Shown piece after piece: positions 33,545 to 46,041 of a DNA stretch of 64,000 nucleotides. Below the pieces are notes generated by a model. The model was given only the letters and a program-made list of their open reading frames with translations. It was not told the DNA's origin and did not search any database. The stretch is taken from NCBI GenBank assembly GCA_030390025.1, contig CM059432.1:147314001-147378000 (forward strand), in the 5' to 3' direction. The stretch comes from Squalus acanthias (taxonomy: Eukaryota). Every line of letters begins with the position of its first letter. Within the stretch, counting starts at the first letter, position 1. Both the position numbers and the translations under genes were made by a program.

Positions 33545-33932
33545 TCTTTGTTCAAATTTAAAATTCTTATCTTTGTGTTCAAATCCCTCCATGGCCTTGT
33601 CCCTCCCTGTTTCTGTAACCTCCTCCAACTTCACAACCCTCCGGGAACTCTGCGTTCCTCCAATTCTGGCCTCTTGTGCATCATGACCTCATTCAGACCA
33701 CCTTTGGCGGCCGTGCCTTCAGCTGTCTGGGCTCTCAGCTATAGAATTCCCTCCCTAAACATCTCCGTCTCTCTATCTCTCTCTCTGATGCTTGAAGACG
33801 CTCCTTAAAACCTACAAATTTGACTAAGTTAACTGTCCTTCAGTGTCAATTTTTGTCCGATTGCCCTCTGGTGAAACGCCGTGGGACATTTTACTGCAAT
33901 TAAAGGTTCTATATCAATGCAAGTTGTTGTTG
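33545..33932 (+). mobile_element. L2-type LINE 3' fragment
   Basis: FKILIFVFKSLHGLVPP..L motif and TAAAGG..CTATAT.AATGCAAGTTGTTGTTG tail. Confidence 0.7.
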
Positions 33933-34387
33933 TGATAAAAAGGGCCCGAGTTTCTCGAGTTCCTCCTCGTAACTAAAGCCTTTTCTCCCTGATATCATCT
34001 TAGTGGAACATTGGTACTGGAGGACGCCATTCCAGCCTGTTCCACTATTCAATTAGATCATGGTTGATCTGTATCTCAACTCCATTTACCCGCCTTTGAT
34101 ACCATATCCCATAATACCATTGCCTAACAAAAATCTATCAATCTCAGTTTTGGAAAATTTCAATTGACCCCCAGCCTCCACAGTTATTTGGGGGTGCGAA
34201 TTATTTGGGAGTGCGATTTCTAGATTTCCACTCCCCTTTGTATGAAGAAGTGCTTTCTGACATCACCCCTGATGTCAGAAATAGCCTAGCTCTAATTTTA
34301 AGATTATGCCCCCTTATTCTGGACTCCCCCACCAGAGGAAATAGTTTCTCTCTATCTATTAAATCCTTTAATCATCTTTACATAGAT

Positions 34388-36700
34388 TTTTAAAATTCAT
34401 TCACGGGATGTGGACGTCACTGGCAAGACCAGCATTTATTGCCCATTCCTAATTGTCCCTTGAGAAGGTGATGGTGAGCCGCCACCTTCTTGAACCGCTG
34501 CAGTCCGTGTGGTGAGGGTACTCCCGCAGTGCTGTTAGGTAGAGAGTTCCAGGATTTTGACCCAGCAACTATGAAGGAACAGCGATATATTTCCAAGTCA
34601 GGATGGTGTGTGACTTGGAGGGGAACTTGGAAGTGGTGGTGTTCCCATGTGCCTGCTGCCCTTGTCCTTTAGGTGTTAAAGGTCGCGGGTTTGGGAGGTG
34701 CTGCCGAAGAAGCCTTGGTGAGTTGCTGCAGTGCATCTTGTAGATGGTACACACTGTAGCCACGGTACGCCGGTGGTGGAGGGAGTGAATGTTTAAGGTG
34801 GCGGATGGGGTGCCAATCAAGCGGGCTGCTTTGTCCTGGATGGTGTTGAGCTTCTTGAGTGTTGTTGGAGCTGCACTCATCCAGGCAAGTGGAGAGTATT
34901 CCATCACACTGCCTGACTTATGCCTTGTAGATGGTGGAAAGGCTTTGGGGAGTCAGGAGGTGAGCCACTCGCCGCAGAATACCCAGCCTCTGACCTGCTC
35001 TTGTAGCCATAGTATTTATGTGGCTGGTCCAGTTAAGTTTCTGGTCAATGGTGACCCCCAGGATGTTGATGGTGGGGGATTTGGCGATGGTAATGCCGTT
35101 GAATGTCAAGGGGAGGTGGTTAGACTCCTCTTGTTGGAGATAGTCATTGCCTGGCACTTGTGTGTCGTGAATGTTACCTGCCACTTATCAGCCCAAACCT
35201 GAATGTTGTCCTGGTCTTGCTGCATGTAGGTACAGACTGCTTCATTATCTGAGGAGTTGCGAATGGAACTGAACACTGTGCAATCATCAGCAAACACCCC
35301 CACTTCTGACCTTATGTTGGAGGGAAGGTCATTGATGAAGCAGCTGAAGATGGTTGGGCCTAGTACACTGCCCTGAGGAACTCCTGCAGCGATGTCCTGG
35401 GGCAGAGATGATTGATCTCCAACAACCACAACCATCTTCCTTTGTGCTAGGTATGACTCCAGCCAGTGGAGAGTTTTCCCCCGATTCTCATTGACTTCAG
35501 TTTTACTAGGGCTCCTTGATGCCACACTCGGTCAAATGCTGCCTTGATGTCAAGGGCAGTCACTCTCACCTCACCTCTGGAATTCAGCTCTTTTGTCCAT
35601 GTTTAGACCAAGGCTGTAATGAGGTCTGGAGCTGATTGGTACTGGCAGAACCCAAACTGAGCATAGGTGAGCAGTTTATTGGTGAGTAAGGGGGTGATTT
35701 TGCCAATGGGGGCGCGTTGGAGGCGGGACTGCTGCTTGTCGGTTTTTAGTCCCGCCTCTATTGACGTCTGGCCAACCCATGCTATTTTCCCTTGATTGAC
35801 CTTGTTAAGCCCGCCCAGCGGGTTTAGCAGGCCAATTAAGGGAAAGCCGGTGACAGAGAATGTCAGCGTATGATGTTTCATCTGTCAAAAATTTTTGACA
35901 GATGAATTGTCATCGTTTGACAGCTTTGAGAAGCTGTCAAACACTGACAATCTTTGTTGTTTGGTGAGTCCTTGTACTCAAGCTCACCAAACCTTTTTCC
36001 TGAGCAGAAATTAGATGTTTGTTGCATCGGAGAATGCAGCAGCCATTCTGTCATCTCTGCCGGTGAGATGCTGGAGCCTCCGGATCCCCAACGATTGAAG
36101 CCTGCAGGAAGAAACAAAGGTAAGGAAACTTTTACTAACACTTGTTACTCACCTCACATACTTACCTCTCCACACTTGCACCCATCACTCACCTCCACAG
36201 CGCACTTTTCGACCCCTCTCACCCTCGCAGACCCACTGCTCTCCTTGCTGACCCTGGCGGGGTTTTCCGACGTCGGGAAGCCCGCACTTCTGTTGGAAAA
36301 ATGGGGATAATCCTCTTAACTGCCTGTTAACAGGCAGTTAATTGGCACTAATCCCCTTCCCGCCTCGAGGAGACGGGACTCGGTGCGGGTCGGCTACCCG
36401 CCTCCTGGGAAGATGGCACGGAGGCGGGTTGGGGACGGGATGGCCACCCGCCCCCAGATTCTGCCATTTTCCCGGCAGTCCCACCTCCACACCCGCCTCC
36501 CCAGGGCTGGCAAAATCGCCCCCTAAGTGTCGCTTGATAGCACCGTCAACAACACCTTGCATCACTTTGCTTATGATCGAGAGTAGACTGATGGGATGGT
36601 AATTGGCCAGATTGGATTTTTCCTGCTTTTGTGGACAGGACATACCTGGGCAATTATCCACATTGTCAGGGAGATGCCAGTGTTGTAACTATACTGGAAC
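34388..36700 (-). mobile_element. LINE family L-A, longest copy (RT), interrupted by MITE 35690-36523
   Basis: NYHPISLLSIISKVM, QFGF, GVPQGSVLGPTIFSCFINDLP, FADD and MEYSPLAW motifs. Confidence 0.9.
35690..36523. mobile_element. 834-bp PIF/Harbinger MITE (family M2)
   Basis: 16-bp TIR GGGGGTGATTTTGCCA / TGGCAAAATCGCCCCC (1 mismatch). Perfect TAA TSD at 35687-35689 and 36524-36526. Confidence 0.92.
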
Positions 36701-36714
36701 AGTATAGAAGATAC

Positions 36715-37920
36715 AGAAGAGATACAGGCCATTCAGCCCAACCAGTCCATACTGGCGTTTATGCTCCACTCGAGCCAAAACACCTCAATTAGATCACCCC
36801 TTAACCTTCTATACTCAATGGAATACAAGCCGAGTCTATACAACCTGTCCTCATAAACCCTTTTAGCCCCGGTATTATTCTAATGAATCTGCGCTGCACC
36901 CACTGCATGACCAACATACCCTTCCTGAGGTGCGGCGCCCAGAATGGAACGCAGTGCTCCAGATGTGGTCTAACCAGAGCTTTATATAAACTGTAACATA
37001 ACTTCCACCACTTCGTATTCCAGCCCCCTCGAGATGAAGGCCAACAATCCATTAGCGTTGTAAATTATTTTGTGTACCTGTCCACTAGCTTTTAGTGATT
37101 TCTGTACATGGACCCCTCAATCTCTCTGCTCATCCACTGTTCCTAGCTCCACACCATTTAGAAAATACTCTGATCGATCTATCTTAGCTCCAAAGTGAAT
37201 GACCTCACACTTCTCCACATTGAACTCCATCAGCGCCAGTTTAATCTGTCAATGTTACTTTACAATTTTCTGCTCCCATCTTACACTACTTACACTAACT
37301 TAGTGCCGCCAGCAAACTTGGATATCTGGCTCTCTAATTTGTTCATTTAAGTCATTGATGATTATAGTGAAAAGCTGAGGCCACTCGTCACATCCTGCCA
37401 ATTGGAGGCCATGATCCCTATTCTCCGTCTCCTACCTAGTTCCCTACTCATGTCAATAGATTGCCTCCAATTTCATGCACTTTTAGTTTTGCTAACAGTC
37501 TCTGATCGGTTCATGTTAGTCTCAGAGCTCAGTCACTTTGCTCCTGATAACAGATTCGAATAACTTCCCCACAGCAGGCGTTAGAATAATAGCCTAGCAT
37601 TTCCTGATTCCTCTCTCCCACTCTTCTTAGATAGTGGAGTGACACTGGCAACTTTCCAATCCAAGGGGACAATTCCTGAATCAAGAGAGTTTCGGAAGAT
37701 CATGACTAAGCATCTGCAATTTCCTCAAAAACTTCTTTTAATAAACTGGGTGGAATCCATCAGTTCCTGGAGATTCGTCAATCTTCAGTCTCATTACATT
37801 CTCCATGACCTTTTTTACATATATTAAATCTAGTAATTTCCTCCCCTTGTTTTATTTTTATTTTTCCTCATATCTCTGGTACTTTATCCTCTCTCTACTG
37901 TGAAGACCGATACAAAGTAA
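36715..37920 (-). mobile_element. Old decayed CR1 LINE
   Basis: LYKALVRPHLEHCVPFWAPHLRK motif with upstream decayed RT remnants. Confidence 0.7.
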
Positions 37921-37922
37921 TT

Positions 37923-38123
37923 GGGGCAGATTTTGCGGTCAGCGGCGAAAGAACGGCACTCATCTCGCTGACAGCTGCCCACAAGGTTTTTGTGGGCTTT
38001 AGAGCGGTGACTTGCTCTAATCAGGCGTCTGATCGAGCGCGGTGCCCTCTACATGGGATCTGTGGGAAGAAACAGCAAGGCTCTCCAACCAATCAGTTTG
38101 AAGAATCTTCACTGAGACACGCA
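37923..38123. mobile_element. Left-end fragment of a Harbinger MITE (22214 family), abutting Harbinger B
   Basis: GGGGCAGATTTTGCGGTCAG..ACTTGCTCTAATC..AACCAATCAG.TTGAAGAATC matches 22214-22430. Confidence 0.6.
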
Positions 38124-38608
38124 GGTGTCAAAATTCGGCTCCGTAGCGCCTGTTGTTTGGGCACGACGAGTGCCGCTTAGGTTCCAAAATGGTGTCCGCT
38201 GCGTATGCGCACACGTCTGGTGCAGGCCGCGCAGGGTGCCATCTTGGGTAGGGCGTTAGCGCACGCGCAGTGAGCATTCACCGGAAGTATGCGGAGCAGG
38301 CGGATCATGACGCCAGCGCTGTAATTTTGGAGCTCAACGCTCCAGCTAATCCCTCTCTTAAGCTCGCACAACTGATCACGTGTTCAGCAACAGGAAGGAC
38401 TCCCCCACCAGCGCTCGTTAAAGGGATCAGCAACTGCTTACAGGTTAGTTGCTGGTTGATTTCTACTGGCTGTTTCTACATTTGTAGAAGTGTTTGGTGG
38501 TTTCTAGAGTTGTTTAAAGTTGTTAAAGTCGACAGGGAGTGGTGTGGCAGGTACTGAAGGACTTTGTCTTGACTTCAAGGATTCTGCACAGACCACTTAA
38601 CCCCAGAC

Positions 38609-39746
38609 ATGTGTGCAGGGGTACGCCTTCCACTTGGCCTACAGCATGGCGGGAAGAATGAGCAGAGGCGATACACAGCAGGACAACCTGCTGGAAGAGG
38701 GTGGAGGAGGAGGGGGAGAAGGGCTCTCAGCAGGAGGCCATATCCACCCAGGGTGTTCAGGGAGCAATTCTCCAACCTGAACCTCAGCGAGGAACAGTGT
38801 GTGAGACGTCTGCGCTTCACTCAGGACACCCTCACTGAAAGCTGCCACCTGCTGCAGCCACAACTACAATCTCAGAGCAGGGTGAGGACCGCATTGCCAG
38901 TGGCTGTGAATCGACCGTGGCCATGAACGTTTATGTGTCAGGTTCCTTCCAGGATAGAGCAGGAGATACTTGCAACATCTCCCAGTTTGCCGTCCACTGT
39001 TGCATAGGGGAGGTAACTGTGGCTCTGATTTCCAAGAAAGCTGAATACATTTCATTCTCTCTGGCCAAAGAGCAGTAGGTGGAGCAAGCACATGGCTTCG
39101 CAAGGATTGCAGTCCTCCCCATGCTGCAGGGTGGCATTGACTGCACGCATGTCACTTTGCAGGCTCTCTGAGATGTACCACAACCGAAAGGGGCTCCACT
39201 CCCTCAATGTCCAGCCGGTGTGCGACCATACGCAGCGAACCATGCAGGTCAATGCCCGGTGTCCTGGCAGCAGTCACGATGCCTTCATTCCTCGGCAGTC
39301 CGCTGCACCATCTGCATTTGAGACACCACGACAAATCAGAGGTGGCTACTGGGTGGCAGGGGCTATCCGTTAACAACATGGCGCATGAATCCGGTGCGCA
39401 ACCCACGCACACGTGGGCAGCATGCATATAACGAAAGTCATGCTGCCACATGAAATATCACCGAGCAGACCATTGGCAGGCTGAAACAGCACTTCCGCTG
39501 CTGGACTACTCTGGAGGAGCCCTGCAGTATGCGGCAGAGCGGGTGTCAAAACTCATGGTAGTCCGCTGCATGCTGCACAAACTCGCCATCATGAGGGCAC
39601 AGCACTTGCCACCAGGATTACGGCCTCCAGCTGAGGAACTGGAGGAGGAGGAGGAGGAAGAGGAAGAGGAAGGGAGGAGGCAGCCTAGACAGCCCCTTTC
39701 TGCCCGGACTGTCCATGACTGACTCATCCGACTGCTATACCAGTAA
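38609..39746 (+). pseudogene. HARBI1-like DDE transposase (Harbinger B), frameshifted
   Basis: RPYPPRVFREQ..EEQCVRRLRF; GGIDCTH; NRKGLHSLNVQ; GSSHDAFI; MLHKLAIMR; poly-Glu tail. Confidence 0.9.
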
Positions 39747-39915
39747 ACGCAACCCCAATTCCCCATTCACCAACATTGCCACATCTTACCTTCCCTCTGT
39801 CACTGAACATCACAGCGTCCACTTGACCTCAATGCAAAAATAAAAGGCACTACAAATTAGACATTCCAAATCAAATTGATTAATAAAATCATGCTATATT
39901 GCAGACAAAAGTCAA

Positions 39916-40940
39916 CTAAACGACTTTGTACATTCCCTTAGTGCCTGTCTTATGTAAATCTTTGCCTGTCCTAATACTCCTACGCAGTGCTACCCCAATG
40001 GCTGCAGCATGGCTGGTGGAAGGCTGCTGACTTTCAGTGGAGGAGACTGCAGATGGCCTTGGAGGATGACCTCGAGCAGCTCTGAGCCTAGAAGGCATGG
40101 CTGCAGATTGCACCGTCTCAGCATGGCTGGCAGTAGTCTGGGCTGGCTAGCTGACAGGCAACAGCAAGAGCGCTGGCAGAGTGGCAGTGGTGGAGGGACA
40201 AATGCTGTCATCCTGAGAGAGGTCAGCAGGTTCGTGCTCCACGGAGCCACTGCCACTCCCCCTGGGTTGGCGCCTCAGCAATCCTAGTAATCGGTTAGAG
40301 GACCGATTGCTGAACTGCTGTGACACCCTGCAAGCCCATTGGAACACTGGTATCCGCAGGCATGATGGAAGCAGTCTGAGCTTGTGTGGCAGCAAGCCGA
40401 CCTTGCAGGACAGAAGCCGAAGCTTCCACTGCAGCACTCAGACGTTGGGCGGCTTCTGCTTGTGCTGCGATGGAAGCTGAGACATCGGCCATCAGACGCT
40501 GCATCATGGTTGAGTCCACAAGTGTGCGAATAGAGTTGGCCACCACTTCCACGCTGGAAAAGATGGGCTCCATGCTCTGCGCAAAGCCCTGTGCCAAGTT
40601 GGTGCTGGACTCCTCCATGCTCCTTGACATTGACTGCAGGCTTTATGGCAGACTTCCCACTGCACAAAGCATTTTATTATGCATACCCATCAGCCTTCTC
40701 CTGTGGCCTGAACTCATGAGCGACCTCGCCCTCTGGGTCCCTGGCACCTGCGCTACACTTGCCCCCCTGCCCCGGTTGCAGGCCACATGTGCCCGGTGTC
40801 TCACCACGGGCAGATCATGCATCGCAGCTATCCTCTAAATTACGCAGCGTGTCAGTATTTGAGCTGGTGCCTGCGAGTGCTAAATCGAGTGATGGTGCCT
40901 TATTCCTCTTCCACCTGGCCAGGTTGCAGTTCTTGGCTAT
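39916..40940 (-). pseudogene. Last exon of the Harbinger B Myb/SANT partner gene
   Basis: SRSMEESSTNLAQGFAQSMEP..ASIAAQAEAAQRLSAAVEA is homologous to exon 3 of copy A. Acceptor ..TCCTTTCAG at 40941-40949 on -. Confidence 0.8.
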
Positions 40941-41029
40941 CTGAAAGGAGAAAAGCCCAAGGGTAGGTTCGTGCTGCACGTTGAGCTTCGCTGGAACAGC
41001 GTAAGAGGCCGAGGACAGAGAGTTAGCCT

Positions 41030-41708
41030 GCAGGTACAGCAAGCAATTAGGAAGGGAAATGGCATGTTGGCCTTTATTGGAAGGGGGTTGTGAGTATAAG
41101 AGTAAGGAAGTCTCGCTACAATTGTACAGGGCTTTGGTGCACACCACACCTGGAGTACTGTGCACAGTTTTAGTCTCTTTATCTAAGGAAGGATATACTT
41201 GTCTTGGACGCGGTGCAACGAAGGTTCACTCGATTAATTCCTGGGATGAGAGGGCTGTCCTATGATGAGAGATTGTGTAGAATGGGCCTATACTCTCTGG
41301 AGTTTAGAAGAATGAGAAGCGATCTCATTGAAACATATAAGATTCTGAAGGGGATTGACAGGGTAGATGCCGAGAGGTTGTTTCCCCTGGCTGGAGAGTC
41401 TAGAACTAGGGGGCATAGTCTCAGGATAAGAAGTAGGCCATTTAAGACTGAGATGAGGAGGAATTTCTTCACTCAGAGGGTTGTGAATCTTTGGAATTCT
41501 CTACCCCCAAGGTCTGTTGATATTGAATCATTGAGTATATTCAAGGCTGAGATAGATAGATTTTTGGACTCTAGGGGAATCGAGGGATATGGAGATTGGA
41601 CGGAAAAGTGGAGTTGAGGTCGATGATCAGCCATGATCTTCTTGAATGGCGGAGCAGGCTCAAGGGGCCGCATGGCTGACTCCTGCTCCTAATTCTTATT
41701 TTCTTATT
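41030..41708 (+). mobile_element. CR1 LINE 3' fragment
   Basis: ORF 41204..41617; CR1 tail. Confidence 0.92.
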
Positions 41709-41709
41709 T

Positions 41710-43720
41710 TTGTGTCTTTATGGGGCCCGCATTACCCTTAGCCATCATCCTCTTTCTCTTAATATATTTGTAAAATCCATTAGTGTTGTCCTTGATATCC
41801 CTTGCAAGTTTTTTTCTTGTAGTCTCTTCTTGCAGCTCTTACTACTTTCTTTGTATCCCTTTGCTGATCTTTACATCTCTCCCAGTCCACAGGAACTCCA
41901 CTATTCTTTGTATCTGTGTGAGCCCTTTCTTTTAGTTTTATACTTTCTCTCACCTCCTTTGTTGACCAAGGTTGTTTAATTACGCGAGTAGATCTCTTGC
42001 CCTTTAGAAGTATGGACCAAATACTTCTTTGAACACCTCCCACCTTTCATCTGTGGTTTTTTTACCTGTTGACCTTTCTGCCCACTTTACTATGGTCAAT
42101 TTCTGTCCCATCCCTTCAAGGTCAGCCTTAACGAAGTTTAAAACCTTGGTTTGAATTCTATCGTATTATTGTTACTGTTAACGAGGTGTTCACAGGCCGT
42201 TCGATTGTTGACTAATTCTGGCCTGTCGTCTTGTTGGAAAATTGTCTCGAACAGGCTGAAGAAATTTACGGCTTTTAGGACTCGAGCTGGTCTGCTTCTC
42301 CCAGTCTGTGTGCTTCACACCAGCTCTCCCTGTCGCTGTTTCCTCCAGGCGCTAATGTAGGTGGCGACGATCAATTTAACAGATCAGGCGGTCAGTGAGC
42401 GTTGCACACACACTGACGTCACGGTCCAGCTGACGTTGAGGTTCCCCACGATAACGGTTAGCGCCGGCGCTGTGGGGGGGGGGAGGGGTGGGATTTGGCT
42501 TGCGCTGTTGGATTCGCCTTTCCCTGGCAATAATGCTCTAGCACCCCGGGAGGCGCTAAGGTACCGAATTTTTACCCCTGAGACTTGAATTAGGACTCTA
42601 ATCATTTTTTTGAGCGGTGAGCATGAATTTTGTGTGCGGTCTAAAGCAGCAGTGCCTGGCGCTAATTCCCCAACCTTTCTACTGACACCGACCATTCCTT
42701 GGCTAAAACGAATTTCTAGCCCCTTGTATCTTGGAATATTTACCTCCCAGTCATACCCAGCTTGTAGCCAGGTCTCAATGATGGCCACTACATCATACCC
42801 TTTAAGCTGAATTTGTGCTTCGAATTTACTTGTTTTATTTCCTATGCTACATGCATTTGTGTATAGAACTCTTATTGGACAGCAGGCCCTACCTTGCCCT
42901 TTTGCCCTGATGCTGTTTTTCTCTCACTTTTTAAACTGATCGCACTTCTTGTATTTCATCATCCCTGTTGTATTTTTATCAGTTATTTTGTTATTTTTTC
43001 TTACATTTTTTTCTGACCCTGAAGTATTTGTGTTACTTGCCTGACCTGCGGAGTGTTTCCAGCATTTCCTTTTTATTTCAGATTTCCAGCATCCGCAGTA
43101 CTTTGCTTTTATTTTTAGTATTTATATTACCTTCAACATTATTTATGATTGGGACTTTGCTCTCAATCCCTTTTTCTTATCTTTATGCTGTTTCACTTTT
43201 ATTATTACTATCGGCTGAGCCTCATCTCTTCTGCACCCTCTCCATGACCTTAGCATCTCTCCTAAAGTAAGGCACCCAAAATTGAATACAATTTTCTAAC
43301 TGCAGTCTAATCAATGATTTGTATTGGTTTAGCATTACCACTTTGTTTTTGCACTCTATGCCCCGATTTATAAAACCTAGAATCCCATTTTTAAAAAAAA
43401 AAACAACTTTATCAACTTATCCTCTCACTTTTAAATATTTGTACATCTGAACTTCTCTGCTCTACTCTGTTTAAATTTTTACCATTTAGTGCATAAGTTC
43501 TTACAAATTGTATCATTTCATATTTCTCTACATTAAATTTTATCTGACCAATCCACTAACCTGATTATCTCCTCTTGCAGTTACTTACCGTCCTCTTCAC
43601 AGATTTTTCCCTAGTTTTGTGTCCTGTGCAAGTTTTGATATTGTGCCCCCCATATCCAAGTCTAGTTCATATATTGAGAAGAGCAATGATCCCAATACTT
43701 ACTCCTGGAGGATACCATTA
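41710..43720 (-). mobile_element. Mosaic of decayed CR1 ORF2 pieces, a Harbinger end fragment (~42150-42723) and a Penelope remnant (~43010-43110)
   Basis: KQPWSTKEVRESIK and AIIETWL..DWEVNIP.Y (CR1 endonuclease region). 42380-42430 matches the Harbinger A subterminal region, and the piece ends GAATTTCTAGCCCC. Confidence 0.55.
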
Positions 43721-43891
43721 CTTAAATCCTTCCAGTACAAAAAAAAATCCAAATAAATCACTGTAGTAAATAAATGATGGGAGAGATGGAACTGGATCAT
43801 TATTGAAGCACTGAGATATCACACACCAGCACTTCAATCTCCCATCACCTTCCAAATGGACAAAAAATAGGAGGCTCCTATAGGTGGGTGA

Positions 43892-44565
43892 GGGGTAAAA
43901 ATTGGGCAGCGCCCCCTTAGCTACCCCGAAAAAGTTGCGCTCCTGCGGCCGATTTTCCCAGGTAGCGCCCTGAGAGGGAGGAGAGCCGCTACTAGAAGCG
44001 CCCCACGTCCCTCTTGGGGCGCTACGAGCCAATATCGTGGCGCTACGTTGCGCCGCAGTACTGCAGGCCTTCCTCCCCTTATTAAAGGGGAGGGGCCTGG
44101 CGCAGCGCATCCCGGTGCCCAGCTGGGCCACCAGGGATCGGGAGTGCCGGCAAACGAGCCCAGCACTCGAGAGGAGTGCCGGGCTCATGGAGAGCAGCCG
44201 GCACCCCGCGGGGGGGCTTCACGGGGACCGGGGACAGCAACGGGGGCAGGTGCTGGCAGGCGGCCAGCAACAAAAATGGCCGCCCGCCACCTCCCCTTTA
44301 ACTAGCGCTGCCCCGGCCGCAGGTAGGCCCCCCTGACCCCGACGGACATAACGTCCGGCGGTAAGTCGGGGGCGCCACCCAATATTACAGCCGGCGCACA
44401 AGCAGGGCGCTGCGCTCGGTGATGACATCATCGCCGGCGGCTAACCTCCCGCTGAATTTTGTGGGAGGCATTAGCAATGCCGCGCCCAGGCGCTAGTTGA
44501 TTTGCGCCCCGTTAGCATCTAAGAGGGCATGAATTGGAGGCGCAAATCAACCGAATTTAGCACCC
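43892..44565. mobile_element. GC-rich Harbinger-type MITE related to M1
   Basis: Ends GGGGTAAAAATT / AATTTAGCACCC. The right ~90 bp is a reverse-complement homolog of the M1 left end. Confidence 0.65.
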
Positions 44566-45445
44566 AAAGATCCTTATAGAACCAGTTAATAAGTAATTTA
44601 GATTAAGCATAAAACCGTTATCCAGAAGCAAACCTTTATATACAGAAGCAACAAAATCTCAACTTTGAAAAGGTCTTTATTCACTTTTGATTGTTTGAAC
44701 TTCCCTGGTACTCTCACCATATATAGGTAGAGGTGGAACTAGCTTTGTGTATTAATATAAATGAATACGTCGTGCTCTGTATAAATGAGAAGATAGGCTA
44801 AGGTCGGTCTAGGATGGTCACTTGATTCTGGGATGCCTGGCTTTCAGCAGGTAGCCTTTATCTTCAGTTCCCAAACAGCATTAATGTATTAATTATGCCG
44901 GGATGTCTTGTTTTTGGAAGTGTGAATAACACACCCCTCCTGGAAATGGAGCTATCAGAGTAGCTGTTGTACGTTCTAGTCTGTAACATCAATATGCATT
45001 ATTTAACGTCTAGCTGGAATTCGCCATGCATTTCAGGCAGTTGATAGGATATTGGAACACTTAACCTTCAGGTAGAGAAAGGCTGAAACACAAATCATCC
45101 TGGGTGAAATAGAACAATAAGTGAGTGCTGGAACATGTTACAGAGGGTTGGTGAAGAGACTCTCACAACTTTCACTATTGTCAGGAGCAGAATTTGGTTT
45201 TAAAAGATCAGGCTGCTGTCATTGTTCAATATTGTGTGCTATCCTGTATGTGTCATGCTTGTTTAATTTTTAATAATAAAGCTTATTAGTTTATTCAAAA
45301 TATGAGAGATGTGTTGATAATGTCATCATTCAGGGTGGCTTGAGAGAAATAAAGTACAGCAGGTACTAGTGATCTAGGATTGTGTGTGTCCTAAATAGTA
45401 CAAGGTTTCTGCAGGAGACATGAGGCAAGACTGTTGCAATTTTAT

Positions 45446-46041
45446 CTTCTTCTTACACAGTCCCTCGGAACTGAGGTTGACTTGCTTCACATTAAAAATG
45501 AGTTCTCAGGTGACTGATGAGTCCAATGCGGGACCTACAGTCTCTGTCACAGGTGGGGCAGATGGTGGTTGAAGGGGCGGGTGGGTGGGGTGATTGGGTT
45601 GACCTGCGCTCCTTCCGCTGTTTGCGCTTGGCTTCCGCTTGCTCCCGGCGAAGAGACTCGAGGTGTCCGGCGCCTTCCCGGATGCTTCTCCTCCACTTTG
45701 TGCGGTCTTGGGCCAGGGATTCCCAGGTGTCGGTGGGGATGTTGCACTTTTTCAAGGAGGCTTTGAGGGTGTCCTTGAAGCGTTTCCTCTACCCACCTGG
45801 GGCTCTCTTGCCGTGCCGGAGCTCCGAGTAGAGTGCTTGTTTTGGGAGTCTCGTATCGGGCATGCGGACGATGTGGCCCATCCATCGGAGCTGATCGAGC
45901 GTGGTCAAAGCTTCGATGCTGGGGATGTTGGCCTGAACGAGAACACTGACGTTGGTGCGTCTAACCGGCCAATGGATTTGCAGGATCTTGCGGAGGCAGC
46001 GTTGGTGGTACCTCTCCAGTGCTTTGAGGTGCCTGCTGTAC
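45446..46041 (-). mobile_element. RTE LINE 3' fragment
   Basis: HQRCLRKIL.I.W..; QLRWMGHIVRMPDTRLPK; C-terminal zinc finger; (GAA)n tail; TSD ATTTTAT at 45439-45445 and 46042-46048. Confidence 0.92.

Larger units (their letters stand above)
38124..40970. mobile_element. PIF/Harbinger transposon copy B (truncated at a CR1)
   Basis: Left end homologous to copy C (56594). HARBI1-like gene on +, last exon of the Myb gene on -. Confidence 0.85.
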
